A DNA stretch of 64,000 nt from Bigelowiella natans CCMP2755 (lineage: Eukaryota > Protista > Cercozoa): contig ADNK01000053.1 in NCBI GenBank assembly GCA_000320545.1, positions 77,942 to 141,941 of the forward strand, in the 5' to 3' direction. Position numbers and translations under genes: made by a program. Numbering within the stretch: position 1 is the stretch's first letter; each line of letters begins with the position of its first letter. Shown piece by piece: positions 27,085-40,322 of the stretch. The notes beneath the pieces were generated by a model. It was not told the origin of the DNA and did no database searches. It saw only the letters and a program-made list of their open reading frames with translations.

Positions 27085-28990
27085 TGTGTGTATTTCTACG
27101 GGTGACTCAAGTTTTCTCTTCCGTCGTTCACAGATTTGTTATCATCATCAAGTTGTTGATACTACTCACTTTGTCCTGGACCCACAGAGGAGCTGCCTGC
27201 TTGGTTTTGCGTCCGCCAGACTTCTCCACGCACTTCTTTATCTGACAACGAATAGGTATAAACTACACGAGATGGTGGTGGTATGTGTGTGTGTGTGTGC
27301 GTGTGCGTACACCCATATCCATCTGCGGTACGGTTAAATTGTGCTTAAAAACACGGCAACTCATGTTTCTTCACATGTTCTGCGGACGTGGAGGAAGATG
27401 AGATGTTTGGTCTCTAATGTCACTGACGAAGTGCTGGAGGTCTTTCTCCCATTCTCCCATCTCCAACTCATCGTGAGCGCATATGATAAACGACTTCTGC
27501 GGCGACATAATTTGTAGCGCGAAGCTGGCCTGATGATGGCCATTGGAGGTTGCGGTTAGTGAATCGACGAATGACAAGGCGCTGATAATAGCAGCCAGCA
27601 GGAAAGAACACATTATCTCGCCCTACCGCCTCACAGGACACAGATGAAAATTGTATTGTTTCGCTCTAATAAAACTCTAAATGATTCCCCGTCGCATAAC
27701 GAAGTCTTTGGAGCATTCTTTTTTTGTTTGGGAAAGCAGCAACAGCAGTCTCTACATACCCTATCTGTCTTCTCCACTGAGACGTCCTCCAGTGCTATGC
27801 GACGGTGCAGAACTAGTTTCCCGCTCGCCATTTCCTAAGCCGCACACGGAACGTGAGAAGACGGCGATGACGTTTGGAATGCGGGGAGATGAGGGGGGGG
27901 GATTAAGGTACTATTGGAGCCGAAGTCATTTCTAGAGAAAGAAAATGTCTTCTCGTATCGCTGTCCTTTTCGAAATGATCAGGAGGATAAACTTTCTAGG
28001 AGTCGTGGACTAATGCAACGAGGATGGCACTGTTCCGGAGCGGTTTCGCTCGTATTGATACATGTTGAATATCATGTATTGTTGCTCGCTGCTGTTTAAT
28101 ACCTTGCTGCTATATAGAAGCACGTCATTGAATAGATGGAAGTAGAACTGTTGCTTCCCTCTCCGCGTTAGGCTGTATAAGTATGGCATGTGTGTGTGTG
28201 TGTGTGTGATTATGTGTGATTGTTTGTATGTTTGTGTGTGTGTGTTATGTCAAGGATGTAAGGGATCCAATCTCTGTACAATATGTCCATATTTTGCAGC
28301 ATGCCCATCTCCCAAGACACGCCTCCCCTATAAGTCTCTCCTCTCTCGTACGTTCGGTATTTACTACTCGTAAGGGTGTTTTCCAACAAAACGAGTGACT
28401 ATGATCACTGAAATCATCCATTCTCGCAGTAGCATGCAGGATTGAATATATACATGGTAGCATTCACACCGATCTAATTTGCCTTCGCGGACAATAAAAC
28501 GTCGTCGATTGATAAGATTCAACGGCTCGTTTGTTTTGGACTTCATGGTGCTTTGCAGCTGCTGAAGGTAATCGACACGCTTGGACTCGACCTGCAGTTG
28601 ATTATTGCCTTAAATGCAAGTTTCTGACGAAAATGCAACACAGCAAATCTCCCAGACAATATGGAGGATATCATCAGTGAATTTCTGCCTATGCAGAATG
28701 CTTAAAACAAGAATCCTCTCAGCGTTTTTTCTAATTGGTTTGTTGGTTCTTGACGAGAGCAATATGCTATGCAGGGAAGAGAGCTTCCTCCTCGTTTTGG
28801 AGGGGGGGATATGAGAATGGGTCATTTAAATGCCAACTTAATATTTTTATTGCCTTTATTTGGTAGAGTTGATCCGTGTCGTGCTTCAGCCTGGAAGCAA
28901 CCTCATTTACCTATTCCAGGTTATTATATATCAGAGCCAGAAACAACATTTTTGGTCTCTCTCTCTCTCTCTCTCTCTCTCATCGCGTCG

Positions 28991-29024
<34 letters not shown>

Positions 29025-29855
29025 TTGATAGCACACCTCCTTTTTTTCCGGATTAGAATCCGCAGTGAACTTGGCAGCCTCTAAACAGGCCATGGTGCAC
29101 GTAGCCAAATGCTGCAACGGGGCTTGCAAATAATACTCGATCTACACACACAACAAAAAAGCATTGCAAAGGAAGATAAGACAAAAAGAAGTCATGAGCC
29201 GATGCTGGCGAGAGAGACTAACACCACCAACACCGACGCCCCAGAGAGTAGAGAAGACGATGGGAGGGATAAGACAAGTCTCCATCCGCTGTGTGTATAC
29301 TAGATTCATCGTGCACTATGCTTCCGTATACCGAGTGTCCTGTTTGCTGCACGGCCTCACTGAATCGCTCCACAAGCTGTGGTTGAGCGCGGAGGAGCCT
29401 CATCGCCACAGGCACCGTAGCAGCGTAGGCTTGGAATCTAGGGGAAAGGAGATATTAAGGGGGGGGGGGTGGATAGGGGGGATCATTAAAGATTACACAT
29501 CAAAATGATGCTGATAATACATAGATCTCCCGATGTCTTGCACGGTGCGCATAATGGGCGACGACTACACACCATTCATATTTATGATGCTACTTCGCGC
29601 AAGGAAAACGTAATGAGAAGCAGTTATCATCATCAACGAAAGCGTCGCTAGGGCAGCGGAATACATGCTGAGAGAGAGCGCTGAAAGACGTGATAATGGC
29701 CGAGCGATGCGTACGGCCGTACTCCAAGGCTGGCCGAGGATTCGGATCAAATCCGTGCGAATCTTGTTGGTTATTGACCGACGACAACGACGCAATAATC
29801 ACAATTATATCACAGCTTGTACGATTTCATTTGATCATTTTCTGGGCTGATGCAA

Positions 29856-29891
<36 letters not shown>

Positions 29892-30919
29892 ACTGTTGTG
29901 TCCTACCTTTCGATGCAGAGTGGATATGGGAGAGATGCTTTCAAACGCGACGCAGACCGGCACCGGAACCTCCAGTGCTCCTAAGCAGCAAGCGCATTGT
30001 TCCCCATCAAACTTGTGTCTATTTTGCGCAATGTCCATCGAATTGTAAATCGGCTGTCTGCTGTCAATTTAAACAGCAGCAGCGTGGCTCCACAGACGTG
30101 ATCATTATGGGTCACATCTTTGTCTCGATGCGTAATGTAAGGAGAGAATGCTGAAAGTGCGACAACGATGAGTACCTATGACTGCTTTTCCGCTCTCTTT
30201 CATGTGTATACGCGAGAGAAAAGGCCGAATGAGAGTGCGCTGAAACGCCTTGATGTCAGCACAAAACTGCGACTCCAGCTTGAGCAGCCGTCGAAGCGCG
30301 TCGAAGCGAGTGTAATCCGTAGAGGGAGGATCGATCTCAAACACCTTCGCCTCCTGTTGATCCTGAATAAACAGCATTGTGAGGCCTTGACATGGAAGAA
30401 CTGAGAGCTCATATGAGATAAAATGTGCTATGCGCGAGAGATGAGGGGTCAGGGCTCATAGCTATGTCAGTAAAAGACGAAGGAGACCGGCAAAGAACAA
30501 TTAGATGTAGGAATGACGCAGAAATACTTCTCTCCATCACCTTCTTCTTGTTCAAACGACCAAAGGTTATTAGGCGGAGCGGTGCTCATCATCATCATCA
30601 ACAACAACAACAACGACATCGTATTCAATAAATTGATTTCTCAGTTCAACTAGATAATACCTCGTTGTGCTCATGTGGCTGGTCTGTGGAGGGCATTGTC
30701 TCCGCAGTAATGCAAGATGCAATCGACAGGTTTGATGTGTGGTTCGTCATCGCTGTCATTACGCTAGCCTGTAATTAAGACATGCACAATTTATCTTTGG
30801 GTGTGCGTTGATGTGTGTTTTGTATATCTGTGTAATGTTAATTTTGCGTTCACACGCGCGCGTGTGAGTGTGAGTGTGAGTGTGAGTGTGAGTGTTAGTG
30901 GTGAGTGAGAGAGAAAGAG

Positions 30920-30960
<41 letters not shown>

Positions 30961-31809
30961 TATCTTAGTATGGAAACGAATATTAGTTGGCATATTGCAA
31001 TCCTCCTACAAATGTAAGTGCTGCACCTGCGAAGCCGTCGTTCTATGTTGAGGATTAGGAGGAGGAGAGGTAGATGAGCTAAGCTCCGTCAAGGCCGTCG
31101 ATGTGCCAACATTGCTGCTGCTGCTGCTGCTGCTGTTTTTATTCTCTAGTGGATTGTGAGTAGGAGGAGGCTGCTGTTCCCGCTTTTGCGTAGGTGGTTG
31201 AGGCGGTGGTAGAGCCTTCTTCTCCTCTCCTTGGCCACTGTCCTTTCCCCGGGGAGGGGGAGGGCGTGGTACTAAAGGCATCTGGCTGCTACCAGAAACG
31301 ACAGAAGCTACAGAGCTGGCCGTGTTACTACGAGCAGGGGGTGGGGGTGGCGAGGGCTCCTTCTTGACGCCAGCAGGGTCTGTCACGATTAGAGATGCTG
31401 CTGCTGCTTCGGTTGTTCTTCCTCCTGATCTAGCTGCACTCTCATCTAGCCTTAACGCAGTCGAGCCAGACTTGAGGAGAAGACTGGACCTGCAAGAGGA
31501 GGGAAGAGGGGAGGGGGGGCAAGAATATGTACCAACCTCTCGCATCTATGGGACATTGATCGATTCTTAATGCTGCAATGTGTTTATGCTTTTTTCTGTC
31601 ACTTTGCTACTTACCGGCCTCCTGGTGACCTATGGGATGAGGAGAGGCCAACGGTAGTATTGCATTCATTGCACACACGCTGCTTCTGGGACTTTGAAAT
31701 ATTGGGAAGCATTCGACGGTGTGGTGAGCACTTTGAGCATACCTTTTGTTGATATAGTTGAACCAAACAGGTTTTTAATACATTATACATCTACGAATAT
31801 AATTATACG

Positions 31810-31849
<40 letters not shown>

Positions 31850-34574
31850 ATATTTGTTTATACTCTAAGTGCCCCGAAATCGCACTTACACTCACACATA
31901 CTCTTTGCCTACTGCCTCATCCCTTATCTATCTATCATCGTCATGATTGTGACAAACCAGTCTTCCACAAACGCGACAGTGGTGTCGTCGATTGATAAAT
32001 CCAAACTTCGATGAGCATAATTGGCATGTTGCACCAGCGGTGTCTTTCACCCACACCTACAGGAACAGCATAAGAAGTGTTAAAAAGTAGTTGAAATGAT
32101 TAGAATGTGATAGACGGATATGAAAAGTAAAACACTATAAATTCTTAAGATACTCCTCCGTGTAGGGTAACCATGCAACATATAGCAAACGCAAACACTC
32201 ATTGACGCCATTTCTCTTTTCGAAAAACATGATAAACACACACACGCACATATTTAGATGTACAAAATATAATTTCGTGTTTGATATAAATGCTGGGATC
32301 ATCTTGACCGGAGCGATTGCGTGTTCTGCTGCAGTTGCTTCACTCGCCGTAAGGCTTCCTCCTTCCTTTGCCAACATCGCTTTACGCGTAGATTCGATGG
32401 ACTCCTGGATGGACTTCATCCAGTCATTCTTCTCCTTCTGGTTTTCTGCCTCCACCACAAACGATTTAACAGGCGTCTCGACCTAGACCATGAAGAGGAG
32501 AGGAGAGGAGAGGTAATTTACAAAGAGTCATAGTGCACCATTATCATCATCATAATCCTCCTCCTCCTCCTCATCATCATATTCATCATCATCATAATCA
32601 TCATCATCATGGATTGCAAGTAGCTGCTTCACATACAGCAAAAGTAAAGCCTCCGGTGGTGCCCCCTGTCGTTGCTAACGCCGTGTCGCTCACAGCACAT
32701 GCCGGGGTCAAAAAGGACCGAAAGTTGAGCTTGAAAACACTGCCGGTGACCTTCCCCATGACGCGCTTCTCGCTGTAAAGCAGCATGTCGTTAAAGAGGT
32801 GGAAGTAGCCCTTTTTGACTTTTGATCGGCGCGTCTGGCGATCTAGCGCTCCCTCCTTCACCAAATGGCGGTTCTTCGCGTCGCCTTCAAGGAGGTCGAC
32901 CTTGTCGGGGTCGTCCCATTGCTGGATGGATGATTACGAATGGTGATGAAAGGAAAGAAAAGGAAGAAGTAGAAGATGATGGTGTTAATGTTGATAGCGG
33001 TGACAATGATAACGGCAATAGCAGGTTCAGGGCTCAGACAACGACGTTAATACTCCTCACAACTACTCTCCCGCTGATGCGAATACCCTTTGTAGCGTGT
33101 GCAGCTTCTCCTGATTTTCAGCTTGACGAATCGTTTCATTAACATGAGAAGCAATCACTTTGATCACCCCTAGTGCTTGTTCGAGGACGGAGTAGGATGG
33201 AGCGATAGGAGGGGTCAACTTCACCAATTCCTGTATGAGCAGCCGGTATCGAGGTACACGCTGCACGGGTTTGATGAGGAGGAAGAATGGGGAGCCTTGG
33301 GGTACATGCTGTGCCCATCGCTTGCTTTGCTTAGGCAGATCTGCAAGCCACTCTTTCGCTGTTTGTTATTATGGTATAAAAATCATAATGTGTCGAACAC
33401 AATGCGGCGGTGAGTTGTATTTGCGCGATTTCACATTCCAATTTGAGCTACCTTCTTTCTTCTCAAATGCTTCCCGAAAGAGTGCGCTGACTCGCTCATG
33501 CGACTCCGCGTAGTGCCCATAGACTGCTAGAAGCGGGGCAAAATCGGCGAAAACCTCGCCGACACCGATACCTGTCGAGCGCACTATCATCATCATCATC
33601 ATCATCGTCATCATCATCATCATCATCACTGCATCCTTATGCCCTTGACAACCATAATTACTACACCACTTTACCGTGCTCTTTCGCGGTGTTGAGTTCG
33701 TGCAGGAACTTCCGGTTGACGTCCAGGATGCGTCGCGTGTGAGAGAAAAATACCCTAACCCTCGCGCGCTTTGACAGTTTATCGAGCTCAGGTGGTGGCT
33801 CTGCGCTCCCATTAGCTAAAGGTAGCATAAACTCGAGAAATAATACCGATAAAGAACATACATACGCCTCCTCCGTGTCTACAATCTCCTTTAACAGCTT
33901 CTTCCTCGTCTCTGCGTTTTTCTGTGCCTTGGATTTCTTCTCCCCTCCGGACGCATTCTTTGGGGCTGGCGGCTTGGCCGATTTTGGGGGGGGGTCCTTG
34001 CTGGAACCACAGACACCGCAGCGCGTCATCTTCTTGTGATTTCGGTAGTAGCAGACACGACAGTGCCAGAGCTCTATTTTTTGAGGTGGAGGGGCGCCTT
34101 TAGGGATTTTAATGCGGGGTAAGGGCAGTTGGTGAGAGAGGAAGATTGCTGTTATTTTTTGTCGCACATTCTGCTCCGTATGTTTTCCTGTCGCTGTTGT
34201 TGTGAGTCGTATCGCGTTTCAGAAAAGTGAGAAGTGTAAATCATCCTCATCTTGTTACACTTGTAATCATTTACGTCATATCATGCTACTATACGTGTGT
34301 TGCTGTGATTCTGGATATATACACGCTAGTATCAATGATGTCATACGGATTCCTGTCGCTCCAATGCCATTTGTGGCTGCACTTTGGCCGGTGGGTCTTG
34401 GTGCGAGCTTCGGAGCGGCGGAGGTTGAGTCGCCCTTAGATCACGGATGATAAAGTTGGTATTGGAAGTAAAAACGTTCAATTAAAACATGATTGGGAAA
34501 TATAATTCTCATGATTGTGATTGCGAAGATAATGTATTTCCCTTCTCTACCAAACGTGCACATGAAAATTTTCT

Positions 34575-34625
<51 letters not shown>

Positions 34626-35421
34626 ATGTATATATGTGTGTTTCATACTAATTTGCCAAGCGATTTGGGATGTTGAGTGGAGGCTTGGATCTTATTCGCA
34701 AGCTTCTTCACGTCAAACTTGGGTAGGGGTGGAGGAGGCATCCGGGGAATCGATGGTGGGGCCTTCTTCGACAATTTCTTTGTACTACTACTGCTACTAC
34801 TACTACTACTACTATTGCCACCACTACCGCCTCCCCTGTAGACGCCATTTTTACGTGCGGCGGGACAAGCTGAGGGCGTGGTAGGTCGTTTATTGGAGCG
34901 AAATGATGGGGATTTAGGGTTTTTCTTGACTGGTGAAGAGAATGTTGGAAGAAGGTTCAGACTGACTTCCATGCTTGAATCGGATGAAGTTTGCTGTGGC
35001 TGCTGTTTCTTTTGCTGCTGCTGCTGCTGCTGCTGCGGACGTGATGTTGGTGGAACTGGTGACTTCTTTGTCCAAGAAGGAGTAGGAGGCGGGGGGTTGC
35101 CGCTGGAGCCCTGCCCCCTCAATTTTGCAGGCTTTCCCTTTGCTAACTTGTTCATCCAACGTGAGGCGGGGGAATTTGTCGATTTGAGAGAAGAAGTAGT
35201 TGTTGACGTTGATGATTCCAAATCAACAGATTTGTGAGATTGCACCTTCTTCATGAGCCTTGATGGCAATGGCGCCTTCGGCAATGCAGGGGGGGGGGTT
35301 CTGAGGGTGTGTGCAATGATGGAAATGTTGGTGATAGCGATGATAACAGATATTAGGCGGAGATATTTAATACATGTATAGAATAGCTCTAGGTGCTTAT
35401 CGTCTCCTGTAACTACGCGCG

Positions 35422-35474
<53 letters not shown>

Positions 35475-35929
35475 TGTGTGTGTCCGTGTGTATGTGTTTA
35501 TGGTCTTGAAAGAGAATGGGAGGGGAGCGATTTTTGAATAGTGTGTTTGGTAGGACTTCCTCGTGATCTTAGCTCTTGGCGACAGATTTCTCTTGGTCTT
35601 GGGAACTGATACTTTGTTAAATCTATTCGTTTTAGGAGGGGATCTTTTCGGTCTCCCCGGTGAGACGTTTCTCGAGGTTTGAAACTTCGCCGAAGAATTG
35701 GACCCTGTGCTGTGTTTGCTTGCGTGCTGCTGCTTCTTTTGGCGCTGTATCTCTCCGCAACCGGGGCAAAATTTCATATCCGGTGTAACCTAAAATTCAG
35801 CTATAATTAACTATCTCTGAGCGGAAACTTCAAGTGCATATTAATTTCTGTGCCTTCGAGAGAATAGCTTACCGGGTATCCGCAGCTTTTGCAGCCTAAT
35901 TTGTGTCCACACTGATAACAGAACTTCAT
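26326..35929 (-). CDS. FGD-like RhoGEF: double zinc ribbon, Pro-rich region, RanBP2-type zinc finger, DH1-PH1-FYVE1, linker, DH2-PH2-FYVE2 (stop at 26409 or 26326)
   Basis: N-terminus MKFCYQCGHKLGCKSCGYP/MKFCPGCG, then WHCRVCYYRN..RCGVCGSSK. DH1: LLKEIVDTEEAYV..FLIKPVQRVPRYRLLIQELVKLTP..HVNE. PH1: LVKEGAL..YFHLFNDMLLYS..SFVVEAENQKEKNDW. FYVE1: WVKD..CQLC..RRHHCRVCG..RVCNEC. DH2: LRRLLKLESQF..YYLQAPLQHL. PH2: IVREGKL..FYFHLFNDVLLYS..KSFIICAHDELEMGEW. FYVE2: WVQD..CELC..RRHHCRKCG..RVCDRC. Confidence 0.88.
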
Positions 35930-36263
35930 CTTGACGCCGACCTGTATTTCACATTCGATAGAATTATTGCAGAGTTGATGGGCCGGTCGTTTGTGTTCTT
36001 CAGACCTCAGCGCCGCACTTAGCACAACTAACGGTAGTTGCCATCGTGCTCACTTCGTATCTCGTTGCGCCACCAATAGCTTCGAGTACGAACTACCAAG
36101 ACTCCCTGGCTGCGGCCAGAGGAGACCTGTGGAGGCGTTAGCAAGGGTAAAGGCTGAGAATGAGACTACTGTTAGCTCCTCATTCTTGAGATGTGGTGTG
36201 TCAACTAAAACCAAAACTTTAATCGTTGGATTACGAAAAAACTCCGAATCCCGAAGAACAATC

Positions 36264-37151
36264 ATGACTGACGCAATCTGGTCCTTTAATAATGAGGTAG
36301 CCGAAAGCGTTCACATAACGAGGTGCTCGCTCTCGCTCTTCTTTTCCAACTGGAAGACTCGTCTGCCCAAATTACCACTCCCCGCTATTATCCCAACATC
36401 AATATACCACCATATCTAGTTTCCAACCGAAATCCTGCCGAAATTGGTATCTAGTTCCGACTCACCTATTTTGTCCAAGTGAAGGAGGGGGACAACTGGA
36501 TCGATGGAAAGATATTCAGTTTTGCATACCGTCCTCTGCCATTCATCAGCACTGCAAATAACGACCCTAACCTGGCAGCGACATCAACATTGTCATGTCG
36601 CTATTAATTTTACACCAATTTGCCTGCGAGCTCAGTACCCATCCTGGACTATCGAATATAAGACAACAAAATTAGGATGTTTACGGTAAATATACTTCGA
36701 ATATACCGTTCGAAGTCTTCACTGCTTCCAGACTGAGTATTGCCAAAAGTAGCACTTATAAGTATCAGTAAAACATCTAATAATATTGGTTCTGGTGGCC
36801 GATTGATCATCCAGGAACAGTTACACACTATTTTGGAAACGGTAAGACATCATGTTGTTTATGTCTTCACACATGATCTGTAGGACAGATGGTAGTCCTC
36901 CTTGCAGGGGATACTACGTCTACGACATGAAACGTAGCCATAAAACAATCATAAATCAAAGGAGGATCGTATGCGACACAATTGAATACTTTTTTTCCTT
37001 GTGAACACCATGCATTTTGGGCTACATTTTAGGCATAATTCGCTGTGTGCTCCAGCCTAATATCCACGTGCTCTACGATGCCTCGGCACAGCAGCTCGGC
37101 ATCCAAACAAAGAGAAGAGCCGGGACATGTTCATGGATGTTTTCCCACTGA
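36264..37151 (+). CDS. Probable small spliced orphan gene (about 110-145 aa) not represented in the ORF track
   Basis: Phase-compatible exons with GT/AG ends: 36264-36296 MTDAIWSFNNE; 36420-36446 FPTEILPKL; ~36485-36574 EGDNWIDGKIFSFAYRPLPF..; 36636-36685; 36815-36841; 36884-36968 (YPSWTIEYKTTKLGCLRNSYTLFWKRTDGSPPCRGYYVYDMKRSHKTIINQRRI). The final exon stops at 37038 or 37151. The exon 3 donor is uncertain. Confidence 0.4.
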
Positions 37152-37226
37152 AATTCGGTCTGTTTTCGGTTCCGTTTTGGGAAGGAATGCAATACAGAAA
37201 AGAACGGGGCAGATACGCCAGCAATC

Positions 37227-37919
37227 ATGGGCCAGGCCCTCCCGACCCGCTCATCGGTGTGCTCTCCCCATCCCATAGGACGATCCATCGTCTCACTGGT
37301 TGCATCTGTATGGCTATTGCAGGTGATATTCATTGGAGTGCTGGGGGTAGGAGCGGCCGCTCTGGAGGGCATATTCCAGCATAACATCTTCTACGACCAT
37401 GAGTACATGTATGAGGCGTTCTTCACAGCCATAGAAAAACCTCTTTTCGTACATGACGAGGAAGAGGTCAGTTCTCCGACCCATTTCACGTGAATAGAGG
37501 TGTTGAACCACAGATTAGATCGTGACTTTATGGTTAATTTCCCATCTCTGCTGCAGTTGTTCAGAAAAAGCAGCATGAGCGCCCCGGTTTATGGAGAGAT
37601 GACTTTCGAAGGAACGAGGAAGATGCTAAGGTTTTCTGGTGCATGAGATCCAACTATCTCCCTCCAACATCTCTTATCGTGATTATGTTGATGTTGCAGT
37701 GCTGTTGAGACGAAAGGGAAAGTCTTCTACGACCTAGGAAGTGGCTATGGTAGGAAGAAGATTTATATTTCCCACTGTGTTGTCCACATGCAAATCATAG
37801 TGATGTGATTGGGATCAATATTTGCATCTCGTACATCTGAGGATACATAAGCATACCATTTACATATAGATCATGCGTGAGTGGGTTGGTTGTTGTGCGT
37901 GTGTCTGTGGGTGTCTGTT

Positions 37920-37954
<35 letters not shown>

Positions 37955-38938
37955 ATGCGAATGCGAATTGTATTCACTCAAATATAAAACTAAAAGCTGA
38001 GCATCCTTGTTTCTCTTCCGTTCTGACCTTGTAATATGATTGAGGTTCATTGATTATTACATCCACGTTATGAATAGATAAGATGAGCACAAATGATAAT
38101 AACGAAAGGTGCCCCCATTGTTGCAGCTGCTTGGCTATTTCCGGAATTGAAGAAAATGATCGGAATTGAACTCTCCCCCAGCCGCCATCGCTACGCTGTG
38201 AAGGTATCCAAAAGGATGAAACCATCTCAAGTGAACGAAGTCATGGATATCTTATATTCAATGATTTTAATTGGCTTCGTCGTATCGAAACGCAGAGCAA
38301 CAACAAAAATAATGCATTTTCAACGGATTCTGTTCTACTGCGGAACGAAAGACAATCCATTCTTTGTTTGTTTGATAAATACTTGTTCACGCCTGCACAT
38401 ACAACGCCCATGAGGTACATGACCAACGCCAATGGCATTATACTGCTATTATTGCCACTACATCGACGAAGACCAAGACGTTCTGCTACGACATTTTGTT
38501 CAGCAATGCCTCCCTTATAATCGGGTAACACGTACTCCTCCTTTCCGACACGATAGGCTAAGCGAAAGCTGTGCAGAGGCGTGCCGGATGATAAAATAGT
38601 TTTCCTGGTGAGTTGTAGAACAGGGCATAAGGCACGAGATATTACACAAAATAATTGAATTTTCTGAGCATCCAACTAAGATAGTTTCTCTCTCAAGCGC
38701 TGTGGCCAGGGCAATGTAGTAGTAGTGCTACGTTAGAATGGAACGGCAGCTCTTGCACACTATCACTGCTGTCACATTGATTCCGTCATTATTTAAGTCG
38801 GGGTCCAATCATTTCGAAAGAGATCATCTTCGCAACACCTATCTGTCGTTAGGAGCGCACTGTTCGATTCGCTTGTCTTTGTTGCTTCATGATTGCTCTT
38901 AATAAAAAGAATATCTACACACACACACACACACACAC

Positions 38939-39022
<84 letters not shown>

Positions 39023-39137
39023 AATACAGCAAAAGAGTATGCTGGAGCACCCGCTTGATGACGCTGATATTATCGTGAGAAAACAACGAGGAGGAGGAGA
39101 ATGATGTTTTTTATACCTAAATAATTACATTAACACG

Positions 39138-39191
<54 letters not shown>

Positions 39192-40140
39192 TCTATTACT
39201 ATATATGTCTTTATGTTGCGTCTAGTAGTCGATGCCAGTACTCGCTTATTGCGCTCTTAATTGCTTTTCTTATGTATTTTACCACCCTTCATCCATCATG
39301 ATCTATTGATATATACATCACCTCCTCTCGTTGGTTGCTAGTTCCTATCGAGTCTTTGCTTCTCCGATGAATTCATGCAAATTCTAGGTAGTGACAGATG
39401 ATATCGATAATGATGATAATGTCCTGTAATGGGGTATAAGGAACAATGCGGAAAAGAGAATCCTTTTTGCAACAACAGGCCATTTTCGCTACGAGACTTG
39501 ACCATTAGCTAATGACCGCAGCTAGCACGACTCTCGTCGTCGGTTGCGCTTTCCTTATTCCTGTTGTTGTTAACAATTCGCTTCCAACTCGTTCAGGTGA
39601 TTACTTGGACTCTCAGCTCAGGGCTGGCACGGTTGTGATGTCGTCGCGGGAAGTGCCGATGAAAAGATCGAAGAAAGATGGCAAGGTGTGTTGCATCGTA
39701 TGATGTGCATGTTGTAATGCAACTATGTGCGGAGCGGACTGGTGGAGGAGGAGATGTTAGAATCCCTGTGGAGTTTCAATGTCCGAAGATATTTTAGTAG
39801 GCGCATCAGTCGCCGATAATACACATGATATAAATCGTTGTTTTCAAAATGAATACTCATTTTCAAATGCTTATGTTCTTTTTGTAGATATTTACAAAAT
39901 CGTGGCTATATGTGTGTACGCTGTGCATAGCGTTTATAAATTCCGTGTCTCTTGATGGACCGGATGAAACCTCTTCTTATGGGATGGTTGATTCATGTAT
40001 TTTAGGTTAAGGTGGAAATGAGCTGGAACGACGCTCACTATCTTCACAAGTATACTATGGTCGACAACATTGACAATGACAAAAAAGAGAAAAAGAAGAA
40101 TATTTTGCTGCCAAAGGAGAATAAAATACAGGCAAAATAG
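37227..40140 (+). CDS. DOT1-like class I SAM-dependent methyltransferase with an N-terminal hydrophobic segment
   Basis: Exons read APVYGEMTFEG, GKVFYDLGSGYG-APIVAAA, MIGIELSPSRHRYA, LDDADII-FLSSLCFSDEFM, LRAGTVVMSSRE and VEMSWNDAHYLHKY..IQAK*. The N-terminus includes SIVSLVASVWLLQVIFIGVLGVGAAA. Confidence 0.78.
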
Positions 40141-40269
40141 AACGATAAATCTTTTAGTAAATTGCAACAATGTTGGCATGTTGATCATACCACCAAACGA
40201 TCGATGCGTGCTGCCGCACAAGCTAGCGCAGCATTGCTAGACTGCGCACATGGAATTTTTCAGCATATA

Positions 40270-40314
<45 letters not shown>

Positions 40315-40322
40315 CGTATAAG

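Noticed and set aside
28590-28853. Possible GC-AG intron in DH2 (AAG|gcaata)
   Set aside because: An alternative phase-1 GT donor with an AAG acceptor also keeps the frame, so this cannot be decided without cDNA.
36694-36716. 8-bp inverted repeat acttcgaa..ttcgaagt
   Set aside because: Short enough to arise by chance, and it lies in a putative intron.
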